Shown here: positions 1-12,724 of the stretch, piece after piece
How the letters are laid out: each line of letters begins with the position of its first letter
Numbering within the stretch: the stretch's first letter is position 1
Source: Octopus vulgaris
Lineage: Eukaryota
Assembly (NCBI GenBank): GCA_951406725.2
Contig: OX597814.1
Span: 156,116,001 to 156,180,000 of the forward strand
DNA: 64,000 nt
Direction of reading: 5' to 3'
The notes under the pieces: generated by a model
Database searches by the model: none
The model's input: only the letters and a program-made list of their open reading frames with translations
Told to the model about the DNA's origin: nothing
Program-made: the position numbers and the translations under genes

Positions 1-663
1 CCAAATAATACCAGTAATATACATGGTTTTTAAAAAACTTAAACAAACATTGGACAGGAGTTGGACAATGACTGAAGCCCCCAAAGCTTCATCAGAAAAA
101 CTAAAATGTTATGAATCTAACATGTGAGGAAGTAGGGTAACGTGATACAATAAAATAATAATATAGTAAAAATTGTAAGGAATGGTAAAAACGTCAATTC
201 CAAATCAATGGGATTACATCTTATGGTAAAGAAAGTCACTTCCAGGAGTAATTTCCACAGGTTATGAGAGTTACATGCTATTTCAATTTTACTGGGGGAA
301 CTAGCGAGGATACGACGTTGAGCAGTGAGTTTAATGGGATGGCCTATATCACAGGGGTCAAAAGTTAGTGGCTAACTGCTATTTAATAGAGCATCATAAA
401 AAGAATTGAGAAAGTCAACTAATGTGATCTTGTTTGGGGAAATCAATACATAAGTATATTAATAAAAGAATAATTTAGGTAAAACCTTAGTGCGATGTTA
501 TTACTCATTACTTATTAACTTAATAAGTAACGTATTACTTATACATATGATTGTAACCACTTAATAGATAGATATAAATGAATGTCTACAGGCTGATGTT
601 TGTCGATTGATTATCCTCTCCATTTTCTTATTTGCCTTATATATATATTTATATACATATATA

Positions 664-871
664 TAGTTGAAAAATATCGTTATATGTATAAAAGTACCAT
701 AAACAATTATAGACAATGGAGGAAAAGATGATGTTGAATCAAAATTAGATTTAATATAAAATAGGATTCAATAGATACACGCGTTTCAAAGGACAATACA
801 AATATGTAAGGAAAAAATTATAACCATAGTAATCATAATTAAATTTATGCATTGTCATTTTCATCAGTGTA
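664..871 (-). mobile_element. Inverted copy of Penelope terminal repeat (pLTR) carrying a hammerhead-like motif
   Basis: Diverged reverse complement of 4332-4534. Minus strand reads CTGATGA-aaatgacaatgc...gtattgtccttt-GAAAC-GCGT-GTA. Lies immediately 5' of the plus-strand PLE remnant. Confidence 0.75.
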
Positions 872-883
872 AGAATTAACTCA

Positions 884-1383
884 TTATCCTCGAATGAAAA
901 CTTTTTTAATAAGCATAAAGATTATTACAATCTGGCTCTTAGAAATGCTGGTTATAAATATCAAATTAAGTACAACAAATTTAATAATGATTTTTCCAGT
1001 CATAACAACAGCTATATGGATGTGAATTCCAATGAACATGCCACAATTTCTAAACACCATCAGGAATTGGAACGCCTTGGCACACAACTTAAATCTACGA
1101 AGTATATTTGTAACGATAACTCCACCATAAGAATTAAAAAGATTTGAACAACTATGGACCAAATAACAACACTTCTACTAACCATTTTTCTACCAATACC
1201 AATATTTCTAATAAGATAAACAATTGTAATGTCACTGGCAGTTATTACAAGAAAAACATTAACATAACCGGAAATAATAACACAAAGCAAAGTCTTATCA
1301 CAAAAATCTTATTTCTTCACATACTCTAACTCTCCCACACAACTACATAACCAACTCTAATGATGTCAAATATTTTCTTAATG

Positions 1384-1467
<84 letters not shown>

Positions 1468-2400
1468 TTAATAATAACATTAAGAAGAAGAAGAATAGCA
1501 TTGTTAGTGATGGTGTTAATGCGAGAAGTAAAAAGAAACCTATACCTTTTTTTCCGAATGGGTGCCCCATCTAATAAAAACCACCATACCAATAAGAAAC
1601 ACAATAATAACATAATTTGAATTATATTTCCTTTTGCTAAACATTTGAAGTCCAATATCATAAAGTCTATTCGTTCTATAATTAAATCTAATTTTATTAA
1701 ATCTAGATACGCTGGGATATTCAATAACAGAATGATTAGATTAGGTTTTTCTGTTTCTCCTAACTTACTTAGGATTATTTCTTCCTTTAACAGTAGAAAA
1801 CTAAATCTTTACTACAAGAATTTAACCCCCCTCTAATATTTATACTAACCTCAATTATTCAAATAGCTCTGTATCTTTACCAACGATTCCCATACTCACA
1901 TAAACTCTTCCTCTATTAAAATACATAAACATAACAATAGTACGCCTAATATTAGTAACAATTGTAACTGTATCAGTTTATCAGCTGTGAGTTTAAAGGT
2001 AAATGTAAAATGAAAAATGTTGTATTTAAAGCTACTATTACAACACATGATCCTCTAGGTTTCATTACACAGGTTGCACGCAGACCCCTCTTAAATTACG
2101 TTTGAATAATCATAAATCATCTTTTAATGATCCTCGGAAAGATAGTAGTGCTAGTTTATCCAAAAAGATATAGCAACTTAAGAGATAACATAAATTTCTC
2201 AATTTCTTGGAATATTTTCTCTTCTTCCTCCTCTTATAGGATTAGAAATAGAACGTGCCTTTTATGCCTTGAAGAGTCTTACATAATTAGGAAAATGAAC
2301 GGTTCTATCTTAAATTCGAGAGATGAAAGATTTTTCTTGTAAACATATGTCCAAATTTCTTTTCATTAACCTTAAATCCTTACTGGTTACCGCTTACTGA
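884..2400 (+). pseudogene. Decayed Penelope-like retroelement: post-RT region, linker and GIY-YIG endonuclease
   Basis: Manual translation gives LSSNENFFNKHKDYYNLALRNAGY (884-); IFPFAKHLKSNII..IFNNRMIRLGFSVSPNLLRIISSFN (1625-1790); NCNC..CEFKGKCKMKNVVFKATI; YTGCTQTPLKLRLNNHKSSF; NINFSISWNIF..CLLCLEESYII..ILNSRDE. These match PLE motifs. Stops and frameshifts are present, and an (AAT)n tract lies at 1384-1480. Confidence 0.85.
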
Positions 2401-2525
2401 TTACTGATTACCGCTTTGACTTTTTTTATTAGCTTTTATTACACTCTTAGGCTTTGTGCATGTATGTATGTATGCGTGCTTGTGTGGGTTTTTTGATGCA
2501 ATTGCGGTCGTATTTTTATATGTGT

Positions 2526-2568
<43 letters not shown>

Positions 2569-2659
2569 ATGTGTGTGTGTGTGTGTGTGTGAGTGTATGT
2601 GTGTATGTGTATGCATATGTACATTGTATATATTTATGCGTGTGTATTTTTTATGTGCA

Positions 2660-2685
2660 TGTATGTGTATGCGCATGCTTATGCA

Positions 2686-2740
<55 letters not shown>

Positions 2741-2859
2741 ATTTTTAAATGTTTTATATATATATTTGTTCTGTGGTGTATTTTGCATGCACCTTTGTGG
2801 TCATTTCTTTTGGTGCACGTGTATATATTATGTGTATTTTACGTGTGTACTTGTGTGTG

Positions 2860-2923
<64 letters not shown>

Positions 2924-3002
2924 CACACACAAGTACACACGTAAAATACACATAATATATACACGTGCACCCAAAGAAAAGACCACAAAGGTGCATGCAA
3001 AT

Positions 3003-3046
<44 letters not shown>

Positions 3047-3070
3047 GCATGCATAAGTATGCATACACAT
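2660..3070. repeat. Fold-back (inverted duplication) centred on a (TA)n tract
   Basis: 2778-2865 is a near-perfect reverse complement of 2915-3003, and 2660-2743 matches 3000-3070. The right arm lacks 2744-2780. Confidence 0.9.
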
Positions 3071-3093
3071 ATATATATATATATTTATATATA

Positions 3094-3241
<148 letters not shown>

Positions 3242-4331
3242 GTATATATATATGTATATATATATGTATATATATATTTGTATATATTTATATATATATA
3301 TATATATATATATGTACATATGTGTCCATGTACATGTATGTGCATGTTTATGTTTAATGTATGTGGGTGGGTATATATATGAATATTTATACATATGTGT
3401 GTATATGTATGTTCAGGTATGTATATATATTTGCATGTATATGTGTATGTGTATTTGGTTGTATATGTGTGTATATATGTGTGTGTATGTATATATATAT
3501 TTATATTTATATACGTCTTTGGTGAATACGTACTTCTTTATATTGCTTGTATCTTCCCTCACACTTGTACTCCTGTATGTGTATGTGTGAGTGTATGTAC
3601 GTAGTTTTGTGTATATATGTGTGTATGAATGCACATGTGTATGACTGTATATCCTTCCGTGTTAAGTGTATACGTTTCTTCTATCACTTGTAATTTTAGA
3701 GCATTTTTCTCCTTCATTTATTCGTTTTTGTTCCTACTGCTCCGGGCTAGTTTTTGAGTAAGGTAACTATCTTGAATTACACCGGCCGGTCTTGTCTCAT
3801 CGATATTTTATCTTTGTTAAGTTCTCTTTCGGTTTTTTCTCTGTGTGTATGTACATTTTTACTTTAATATGACTTTTTTCAAACGTAGCCTTGCCTATCA
3901 CTTTTAGCATCGTGTAAAATATATATACATGTGATTTTTCGTTTTTCAATATTAATATGTACATGTATAACTCTATATGGTTTTTTTTAACTAGTCCACC
4001 TGTCACCTTATATTCAACTATACAGATGTAGCCCTGTTTATTATACTTTGTCTCGACCTGTTACCATTTTTTAAACAAACCCGTTTCCATTCTTATTTTT
4101 ACGTTATAGTCTACCACACATATAGACATGCATACGCATTGATATGTCTGTCTTTTTTCCCTTTCGTCTCTTTCTCTATTATTATTACTGTTATTTTTCC
4201 CCTTTTAAAACTTACTTGCAAATGTCCTATTTTTTCCCTATTACCCTATTTGTATTCTCTCTTTTTGTATCGCATTTTACTTTACTTTATTTTATTAAAC
4301 CTTTTTTGATGTCCTTACAAAAATTCCCCAG

Positions 4332-4534
4332 ACTGATGAAAATAACAATACATAAATTCAATTATAATTACTATAGTCATAATTTTTTCTTATATATTGG
4401 TATTGTCCTTTGAAACGTGCCTACGTATTGAATCGTATTTTGTGTAAAATCTAATTTTGTTCCAACATTTTTCTCTTCCATTTTTCTATAATTGTTTATG
4501 GCATTTTTATACATGTAATGATAATTTTCAACTA
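4332..4534 (+). mobile_element. Penelope 3' terminal repeat (pLTR) with degenerate hammerhead motif
   Basis: CTGATGA at 4333, stem II arms aacaatac/gtattgtc, GAAAC at 4412, stem III decayed. Partner of 664-871. Confidence 0.7.
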
Positions 4535-4714
4535 CTATTTTCATATTCTTATTACTTGCTTTGGCTGTTTTTTATGAATATGTTGAATCTTTATTTGACA
4601 TCATTCTTCCTCTCTTTTTGAACCTCTCAAAAAAATTTGAATTGTTCTCATTTGACCGTATTCCCCCCCAAATATATACATGTATATATGTATATATATA
4701 TGTATATGTATGTG

Positions 4715-4763
<49 letters not shown>

Positions 4764-4780
4764 GTGTATGTATATGTATA

Positions 4781-4835
<55 letters not shown>

Positions 4836-4879
4836 GTATATATGTATGTATATATATGTATTTGTATATATATATAACG

Positions 4880-5149
4880 GGAAGCTTTATGAAAATAGAC
4901 AAAAGACGAAGGCAGGTTTACGGAAATAAACAAAAGACGAAGGCAGGTGGAATACAAACAAACAATTGTATTAGTATGGCGCTCAGGAAATATAAATAAA
5001 ACAAGTCTTTAACGTTTCGAGCCTACGCTCTTCAACAGAAAGATACACAGAGAAGAAACACAGAAAGAAGGAGAGAAAAAAAAAAGGTCTCGAAGGTTAT
5101 ATGTATGTATATATATATGTATATGTATATATATGTATATATATATATA

Positions 5150-5181
<32 letters not shown>

Positions 5182-5204
5182 CATATATATATAATATTAT
5201 TATA

Positions 5205-5267
<63 letters not shown>

Positions 5268-5900
5268 TAAAACAGTTTGATTCGGTTTCATGCGACTTGA
5301 CGTTTCTCATGCTTCTAACCGAGGTTGAGATCGAACAGGCTCACATTAACCGAAGAGAGAAATACAGGAAGTGCGAGATAGCCACTAGGTTGCTATAGGT
5401 CAAACCGTAACACCTCGTGTTGTTAGAAGTGAGTTCGGCATTTCAGCAGCATCAGATGCATCAGAACGGAAGGTTTCGGGAAAGGCGTGGCCGGACAAGA
5501 AGCTCTTAGCAGCCTGGTGTCTGGCAAAATTTAGTATTTATGGGGGAGGGGGTCAAAGTTGGGAACAAAAACAGCACAGTAGAGACATATAAGGAAACTG
5601 AATGAAAACTAAAATGAAGGGTCGTTAGTCCAGGTCGAGAGGAAAATAGTGAACGATGGGAGAAATATTTCCTTTGAAAAGAGAAAGATAGCAGAGAGAA
5701 AGAAAAAGTCCAGTCTTTGAACGTCCGTGCAGAAAAAGAAAGATGGTCACGTGAGGAAAAGAAAGATAGTCACGTGAAAAAAGAAAGGTGGACGATGGGC
5801 AATGTGTGAACCACTAAAGAGTGAAAAATAGAAAGAGCGAGAGAGAGAGAGAGATAAAATGGTGAAGGGGAGCAAAAGAGAAAGATGGAGGAAGAAAACA
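4880..5900 (-). mobile_element. PLE-type terminal/UTR fragment with variant minimal hammerhead (5006-5043)
   Basis: Minus strand: tcttt-CTGTTGA-A-GAGC gtag GCTC-GAAACGTT-aaaga, followed by tttcctgagcgcc, a motif shared with the copies at 12371 and 47221. Confidence 0.6.
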
Positions 5901-6156
5901 CTTAAGAGTTGAGTCGCATCAAATAAATAATACTATAAATATTATTATATTATATAATAGGGTCGATTCAATTAAATAATGATATAAATAATATCTCTTT
6001 CTCTCTCCCTCTCTTTCTTGTCGCTCACACGTGATCATCGCCCATCTTTCTTTTCCTCACGTGACCATCTTTCTTTCCTGCACGGACGTTCAAAGGACTG
6101 GATGTTTTCTTTCTCTCTTCAATCTTTTCTCTTTTCAAAAAAAATATTTCTCCAAA
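5659..6156. repeat. Inverted repeat pair (5659-5810 vs 6024-6156)
   Basis: gaacgtccgtgcagaaaaagaaagatggtcacgtgaggaaaagaaagat pairs with atctttcttttcctcacgtgaccatctttctttcctgcacggacgttc; flanks also match. Confidence 0.85.
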
Positions 6157-6329
6157 TGTGGGAGTGGTATGACAGTAGTAGGATGTTGGTGGAATCCTCT
6201 TAAATGGTCAAAATACCTAAAAGTGACCCGTTGTGGTTGTAATAGTAGTGATTGGAATTGTTCTGAATAAATTCATGGGTAGTGACTGTTCTGAATATAT
6301 TGTTTTTAATATTTGCGTGGGTATTATTC

Positions 6330-6800
6330 TAAGGCCCTTGTAGTAGTACCATATGTGGTGGATGCATTCAAAAGAAATGTATATTTTGCGATAAAGTATG
6401 TCCCTTTACTAATGCATTGACTACAAGTTGCATCGTTCCTGAATCGAGACAGGGGAAAAATTCTGAAGCTGGGTTGTTTGTTATTGGCGCAAATGTGTTC
6501 GCAGAAACTATTTTCCTGCCTTTCCAAATTTTGATCTGGGATCTATGTAGAGCCCTCTTTTAACATAGGCTGTTTTTGGTTTGGCCTATGTATTGCTCTC
6601 GAAACTCAGAAAAAGTTAATACATTTATCAGGTTCTCCGAAGCACATGTGAAGTTGCTTTTCACTGTAAAACGTTGCCCTGTTTGAAAGAGAACTCTGAT
6701 CCCTCAATTATACCACATATACCACAACTATCCCGCATATACCACCGGTAGGTCTTCCGCATTTTTTTACTGACGGCTTCAGTGTTGTTGTCGATCGTAC
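6330..6800 (-). pseudogene. Penelope-like GIY-YIG endonuclease remnant (second family)
   Basis: Minus-strand translation across frameshifts: KKCGRP..CGICGIIEGSEFSFKQG..FTVKSNFTCASENLINVLTFSEFREQYIGQTKNSL..LHRSQI..EHICANNKQPSFRIFP. Confidence 0.85.
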
Positions 6801-7385
6801 TTAGACTGAAATACACACGTGTGTGTGTGTGTGTGCAGAGAAAGGAAGACATGGTTCTACAGCAGTAAATGTTCTATTTTCAAATTCTTGATGACAAATA
6901 GATTTAAAGTTTTATTTTATTGAAATAATATCATATTATCAGTTTGCGTGTTTGTTTCATGTTCACAGGCAGAAGGTGTTGTGCTTCTTATAATACAAGT
7001 GTTCTTCCAATTTCTTTCTAAATTGAAAAATTCATATAAATAGATATTTCCAAGCGGTCATGTATTACTGGTATTTATTTAAGTGCTGAAAATAATCACC
7101 TGTCAACATATGGCTTCGTTAGCAATGTGAAACAAATAGAAAACGTCATCTAACTTATTTTTCTAATATAGACGTGACTATTTTAAAGAATCACATTAGA
7201 AATTTTTGCAAATCCTGGTGAACACCATATTTAGAGTCTTAAAATATTTAGATATTATATACTAAACACATCATAGTAAGCCAACCAGCTCACAGAAATC
7301 AATACATAGAATGAAAATTATATTGCTTCTGAAATCCGTATCGTATAATTATGTGTATCTATCTATCTTCATATACATCTATGTA

Positions 7386-7453
<68 letters not shown>

Positions 7454-10098
7454 ATGTGAATTAGAAGGAGCTCGAGGTATATAAACAACTGGCTATGACC
7501 TGACAGGTCACAGCAGATCCCTTTCTCGATATGCGGCGTTGAGAAGTCAGAACAATGGCGAAACTGCAATGTCTGTCGCTCTGAAAAAAAAAAAAAGATC
7601 TGACGTCGTGCTGTCTAACTTGGCTTTGACCTGCTTTCGGGTATTTTACATCAAGAGCATTGCAATTATATTCTCTTACGCTTAAAACAACGCAAACGCC
7701 TGACAAACTAATAACACACGCACCTCGTGTATCTTTGTTCGACTTTGTATATATATATATATATATGTTTGTGTGAAAGTATGTGTGTGTATACACATGT
7801 ATATTCAAATATATGTATATTCATATGAGTGTGTGACATGATATATATGTGTGTGTGAAAGAGTTAATTAGTTACTTAAGAGAATGGAGTGTATGAGCTT
7901 TTGTGTGTAGTATTAGCTGTGAAACATAACAGCGTATGAAATACAAACCACCAGACAAGCACGATTCATTTCAAAATAAAAAATATAGCAGAAACATTCT
8001 ATCACCATACCAGCAAACTGATAGTTTTCATATATACTCAGCCATGAAACAGTTTCCATCGATTTGTCTTTAATTTCCTCAATAGGTAACAGGTATCGTC
8101 TGTACCAAACTTTTGTATGACATAAAATATGTCATCTACCCTCGAGAGTATTTAAAGTTGAGCTACTAATATTTTCATTCTGTGGAAACAATAATTCGAT
8201 AGATTTATATAATGTGCATTGTGTCTTCATACCATACTTCAGGCACAAATGCATATGGTTGAAATTATTTGACAAAACAGAACATTGGTCTATGAGAAAG
8301 CATGAGAAAATACAAGATGAATAAAAAAAGGTGGAACGAACTAACAACGGTGAATAAAAACTGAAAAAGAAAAGACAAGAAAAGTAAGAAGCCAAGATTT
8401 GTGTTCCATTTGTCCGTTGAAATAATAATTGATCTAGCTGGTATTGAATAAGTCAACGGGGAAGTGGCCAATATCTGTAAGGCAACTACTCAATTTGGAA
8501 AGGGTATTGTCCTTAAATTCTACAAAAGAAATTTGTCCATGTACTTGCATTTGCTAAAAATTTCCAATCTGGAATTAAGTAGAATGTAAGAATTCTTGAA
8601 TCTGAAAATAATCTGCGATCTTTTAGCTACACATCCCTCGTGTCTCTACGATTCATTAACATATAACGCAGATTTCTCCACTATGTTCCAGTTAACTGTA
8701 TGTAGTGTGCAGTTGGTTTTCATGTCTCATATATAACCATATATTGTACTTTTTATTTAGATCCAAGAATTCCAACATACTATTTATACCAGGTTTGAAA
8801 TATTTACAAACGGTTGCACGTAGAGAAATTTCTTTTGTCGAAGTGGAGGACAACATTCTCTCCTGACTGAGTTGCTGTCTTACATATTTCAGTCCATTCC
8901 CTCGTGAATTATTCAACTGCAGCGAGATTAATAATAATTTCGGCGGACAGAAGGGTCGCAACCTTTGGTTTTCTGTCTTTTGCTTTCTTTCTGTTTCGTT
9001 TTTTTTTTTTGTAGCTTTTGCCTTATCGTTCACCATTTGCATCCACATCGTCCTTTCTTTTTTCCTCGTGTCTTCTCCTAGACCAAAGTGCTTTTCCTCA
9101 AATGAGACAAATCGTGTATATTATGAACCTAAAGAGTTGACCGAAGTCACAAAGTACGTTAGCTAAATCTACTGAATGATAGGGTTTCCATGGCCTGAAA
9201 TATTTATATAATATGTATATTAAATTATATTTGTCTCTCGCCGGATGGGTTACCTTTCTTGTTGATCCTACTTGTAACACAACAGTAAACTATATGTTCA
9301 CATATGTAGATAAACATATACTTATGTGTGTGTATAAATACATGATTTTACGATTTCACGATTTACATCCATCCATACATACATATATACACACATACAT
9401 ACACGCGCGCACACACACACAAACACACATACATACACTAACACGCGCACATATAATAAAATATTGATATTTATTCTTAGACGCGATAAAAGTACACAAA
9501 TATATTTGCTTTAATGTCCAGTTTACGTTGAAATTCAGTGTAATGAACAAATATTTCTTTATGAAATAAATATTTTATGAAAAATCATAGCTATTATAAG
9601 AATTTTAATACGATTGGTGGAGAATTAAGTTTGAGTTTCACACGAAATTTTGCTTCAGATATGAGAAATACTTATCATAAAAATCTTAGAAGGCTAACTA
9701 CACCCATTTACTCGTCTGAGTAATTTTCATAAAATTGGCCATTAAATCATATACATTTTTCTAAATCGATAGTATAATATATTGCGAAAGTATTTACAGT
9801 CAGTAATTCAATTTCGAAGGATTGTATCCGGTTGACAGAAAATCTAATAAAATTAAGATTTAATCTGTAGAAATATATTAAAAGAAATTGTGAAATATCT
9901 TACAGAAATCCGTCGAAATACATCTAGTGTTAAAATATAACAATATTCGAAGGTACAAAATTTATTTGGAGCATACATTCTAAACCTCATATGTAAGTGT
10001 AAGTTTCGTTGAGATAGTTGTATAGTCCCAAAGAATATGGTATTCATCTTATCCAGTTTACCTGCCATCGTTAATATCTTCTCTCTTTTTCTCTCTCT

Positions 10099-10154
<56 letters not shown>

Positions 10155-10157
<3 letters not shown>

Positions 10158-10376
10158 ATATATAAACGCATACAGACACACCCACACTTTTTATTAAAGC
10201 TGCAAATTATCAGAGAACTGCTTCTCAGAATTTCGTGTTCATGTTCGTCGGACAGTTGTGAGGGAAAGCTGAATTAAACTAAATCTGTAGCTTTGATAAA
10301 AGTATATTACTCTGCCGTTGGCTTTCGAGTACTAAAGAAGGGAAGACGGAGTAACAAAATCACCAATGAATTTTAA

Positions 10377-10440
<64 letters not shown>

Positions 10441-10910
10441 GTTTAAAGATTTTTTATGTGAAGTCGTGTGTTGAAACAGATATTGTTATATTTCGGATTG
10501 GTCATATTGCCAGTTTAGCCAATAAAAAGAACTCTGGCCGAAATAAGATTAAGATTAATGTAAAAAATAAATAACACTGAAGCAAAATAACACCAAATAT
10601 ATAGTGCGTGTGTTTTTATTTGCTAAACTGGCAATATGACCATTCCGAAATATAACAATATATATATATACATATATATATCTTTAAAAATTCATTGGTG
10701 ATTTTGTTCCTCCCTCTTCCCTTCTTTAGTACTCGAAAGCCAACGGCAGAGTAATATGCTTTTATCAAAGCTACAGATTTAGTTTTATTCAGCTTTCCCT
10801 CACAACTGTCCGACGAACAGGAACACGAAATTCTGAGAAGCAGTTCTCTGATAATTTGCAGCTTTAATAAAAAGTGTGTGTGTGTCTGTATGCGTTTATA
10901 TATATATATC
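10155..10910. repeat. Nested inverted duplication: outer arms 10155-10380/10680-10910, inner arms 10480-10528/10613-10661
   Basis: Outer arms are ~225-bp reverse complements with only a handful of differences. Inner arms are 49 bp with 2 mismatches. (TA)n tracts lie at the junctions. Confidence 0.95.
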
Positions 10911-10940
10911 ATTATTATTATTATTATTATTATTATTCAT

Positions 10941-11056
10941 TATTCAGGTCACTGCCTAGAATCGAAATCGGAATCTTGAGGTTAGTAGCCCGAGCTTATG
11001 GTTAAGAGCGCGAGCTACTAAACCCAACATTCCGTGTTCGATTCCAGGCAGTGACA

Positions 11057-11129
<73 letters not shown>

Positions 11130-11130
11130 C

Positions 11131-11161
<31 letters not shown>

Positions 11162-11326
11162 TCGCAAAATCCCTTAGAAATGAGAACCCAGGTTCGAAAT
11201 TTCCCCAACACACTATTTATACCAAGTTTGAAATATTCAGTGCAAACATGAACAAATATTTCTTCATGAAATAAATATTTTCTTCATGAAACAAATATTT
11301 TCCGAAAAAACCACAGCCATTATAAG

Positions 11327-11391
<65 letters not shown>

Positions 11392-11497
11392 CCGAAATGT
11401 TGTGTTAACAACAAACAAGATGAGGACAAATACCTGTCAAATGTAAATAATGTAAATAATTTACATAATACCTCATCTCTTAAATATAGAACTGTAT
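10941..11497 (+). mobile_element. tRNA-headed short element with an inverted copy of its head, an (AAT)n/(AAC)n middle and a possible hammerhead 3' half
   Basis: tggttaagagcg..gttcgattcc (A/B-box-like, 10999-11045). 10941-10996 is the reverse complement of 11007-11062. The 3' part reads tcagccGAAAtgttgtGTT..aaatatagaactgta. Confidence 0.65.
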
Positions 11498-11534
11498 TCG
11501 GTTAGGTAGTTCCCTAGTTTTACATATATAGATA

Positions 11535-11720
11535 TATGTGTGTGTGTCTGTGTTTGACCCCCCACATCGCTTAACAACCGATGTTGGTTTGTTTACATTT
11601 CAGCATAAAAGACCGATTGAATAAGTAACACGCTTACAAATAAGTCCTAGTGTCGATTTATTCGACTAAAGGCGGTGCTCCATCATGGCCGCAGTCGAAC
11701 GACTCAAATAAGTAAAAGAA
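11535..11720 (+). mobile_element. CORE-type SINE (octopus OR1-like), 3' fragment
   Basis: ggcggtgctccatcatggccgcagtc..aagtaaaaga tail matches the full copy at 46140-46549. Confidence 0.8.
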
Positions 11721-11734
11721 TAATATATATATAT

Positions 11735-11955
11735 ATTAGTTTATTCTTTTATTTGTTTCAGTCATCTGACTGGCCATACTGGAGCACCGCCTTTAGTCGA
11801 GTAAATCGACCCCAGGACCTATTCTTTTTAAGACTAGTACTTATTCTATCGGTTCCTTTTGCCGAACGCTAAGTTACGGGGACGTAAACACACCAGCATC
11901 CGTTATCAAGCGATGTTGGGGAGACAAACAGAGACACACAAACATATATATACGA
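11735..11955 (-). mobile_element. CORE-type SINE (OR1-like), 3' half, tail-to-tail with the previous copy
   Basis: High similarity to 46160-46385. Confidence 0.85.
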
Positions 11956-12101
11956 CTCTGTGTCACGCTGAATCCCCCTGAGAACTACGTTAAGGATACG
12001 CAGGCCTGTGGAGTGCTCAGCCACTTGCACGTTAATTCTACGAGCAAGCTATTCCGTTGATTGTATCAGTTAGAACCTTCGTTGCCGTAACCGAAGCAGT
12101 G

Positions 12102-12167
<66 letters not shown>

Positions 12168-12327
12168 CAATGCAAATGTATTATTTTCCAGTAAAATAAA
12201 GCTCCATAAGGGTAGAATTATACATATAAAACAGATAAGTGGTACAACAAGGCACCAATATTTACTGGAAAATAGCAATCGATACAAATATCTGTTTATA
12301 TATATATATATGTGTGTGTATGTATGC

Positions 12328-12370
<43 letters not shown>

Positions 12371-12374
<4 letters not shown>

Positions 12375-12540
12375 TAATCCAAGCAAGAAAACAAAAAAGA
12401 CAAACGGCGCTCAGGAAAGAAGGGAAGAAGGAGGGTATGACGTTTCGAGCGGATCTCTTCGTCGGAAACACAGGAGAAAGAAAGATCCCGAGGTGGGACA
12501 GAGGGGAAAAATGCAAGTGGTCTTCACGAGGTCACATACT
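12371..12540 (-). mobile_element. PLE-type terminal fragment with variant hammerhead (12435-12469)
   Basis: Minus strand: gttt-CCGACGA-A-GAG atccg CTC-GAAACGTC-atac. Same family as 47221-47432. Flanked by (TA)n. Confidence 0.65.
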
Positions 12541-12579
12541 GAAATATATATATATATATATATCATGTACGTATATGTG

Positions 12580-12724
12580 TAGCGGGCTTCTGTCAGTTTC
12601 ATCTGGTCGGCTTTGGTTAACCCAGTGCTACAGTAGAAGGAATCTAGCTCGGGTGTCACATAGTGTAACCGATTCCGAAGTCATGTGGTTGGAAAGCTAC
12701 CTTCTTACCACGCTGCTATACCTG
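12580..12724 (-). mobile_element. CORE-type SINE 5' fragment (degenerate)
   Basis: Similar to 46390-46549. Confidence 0.7.

Noticed and set aside
10999-11060. tRNA gene
   Set aside because: The 5' acceptor stem is missing and there is no complete cloverleaf; this and other A/B-box hits are SINE heads.
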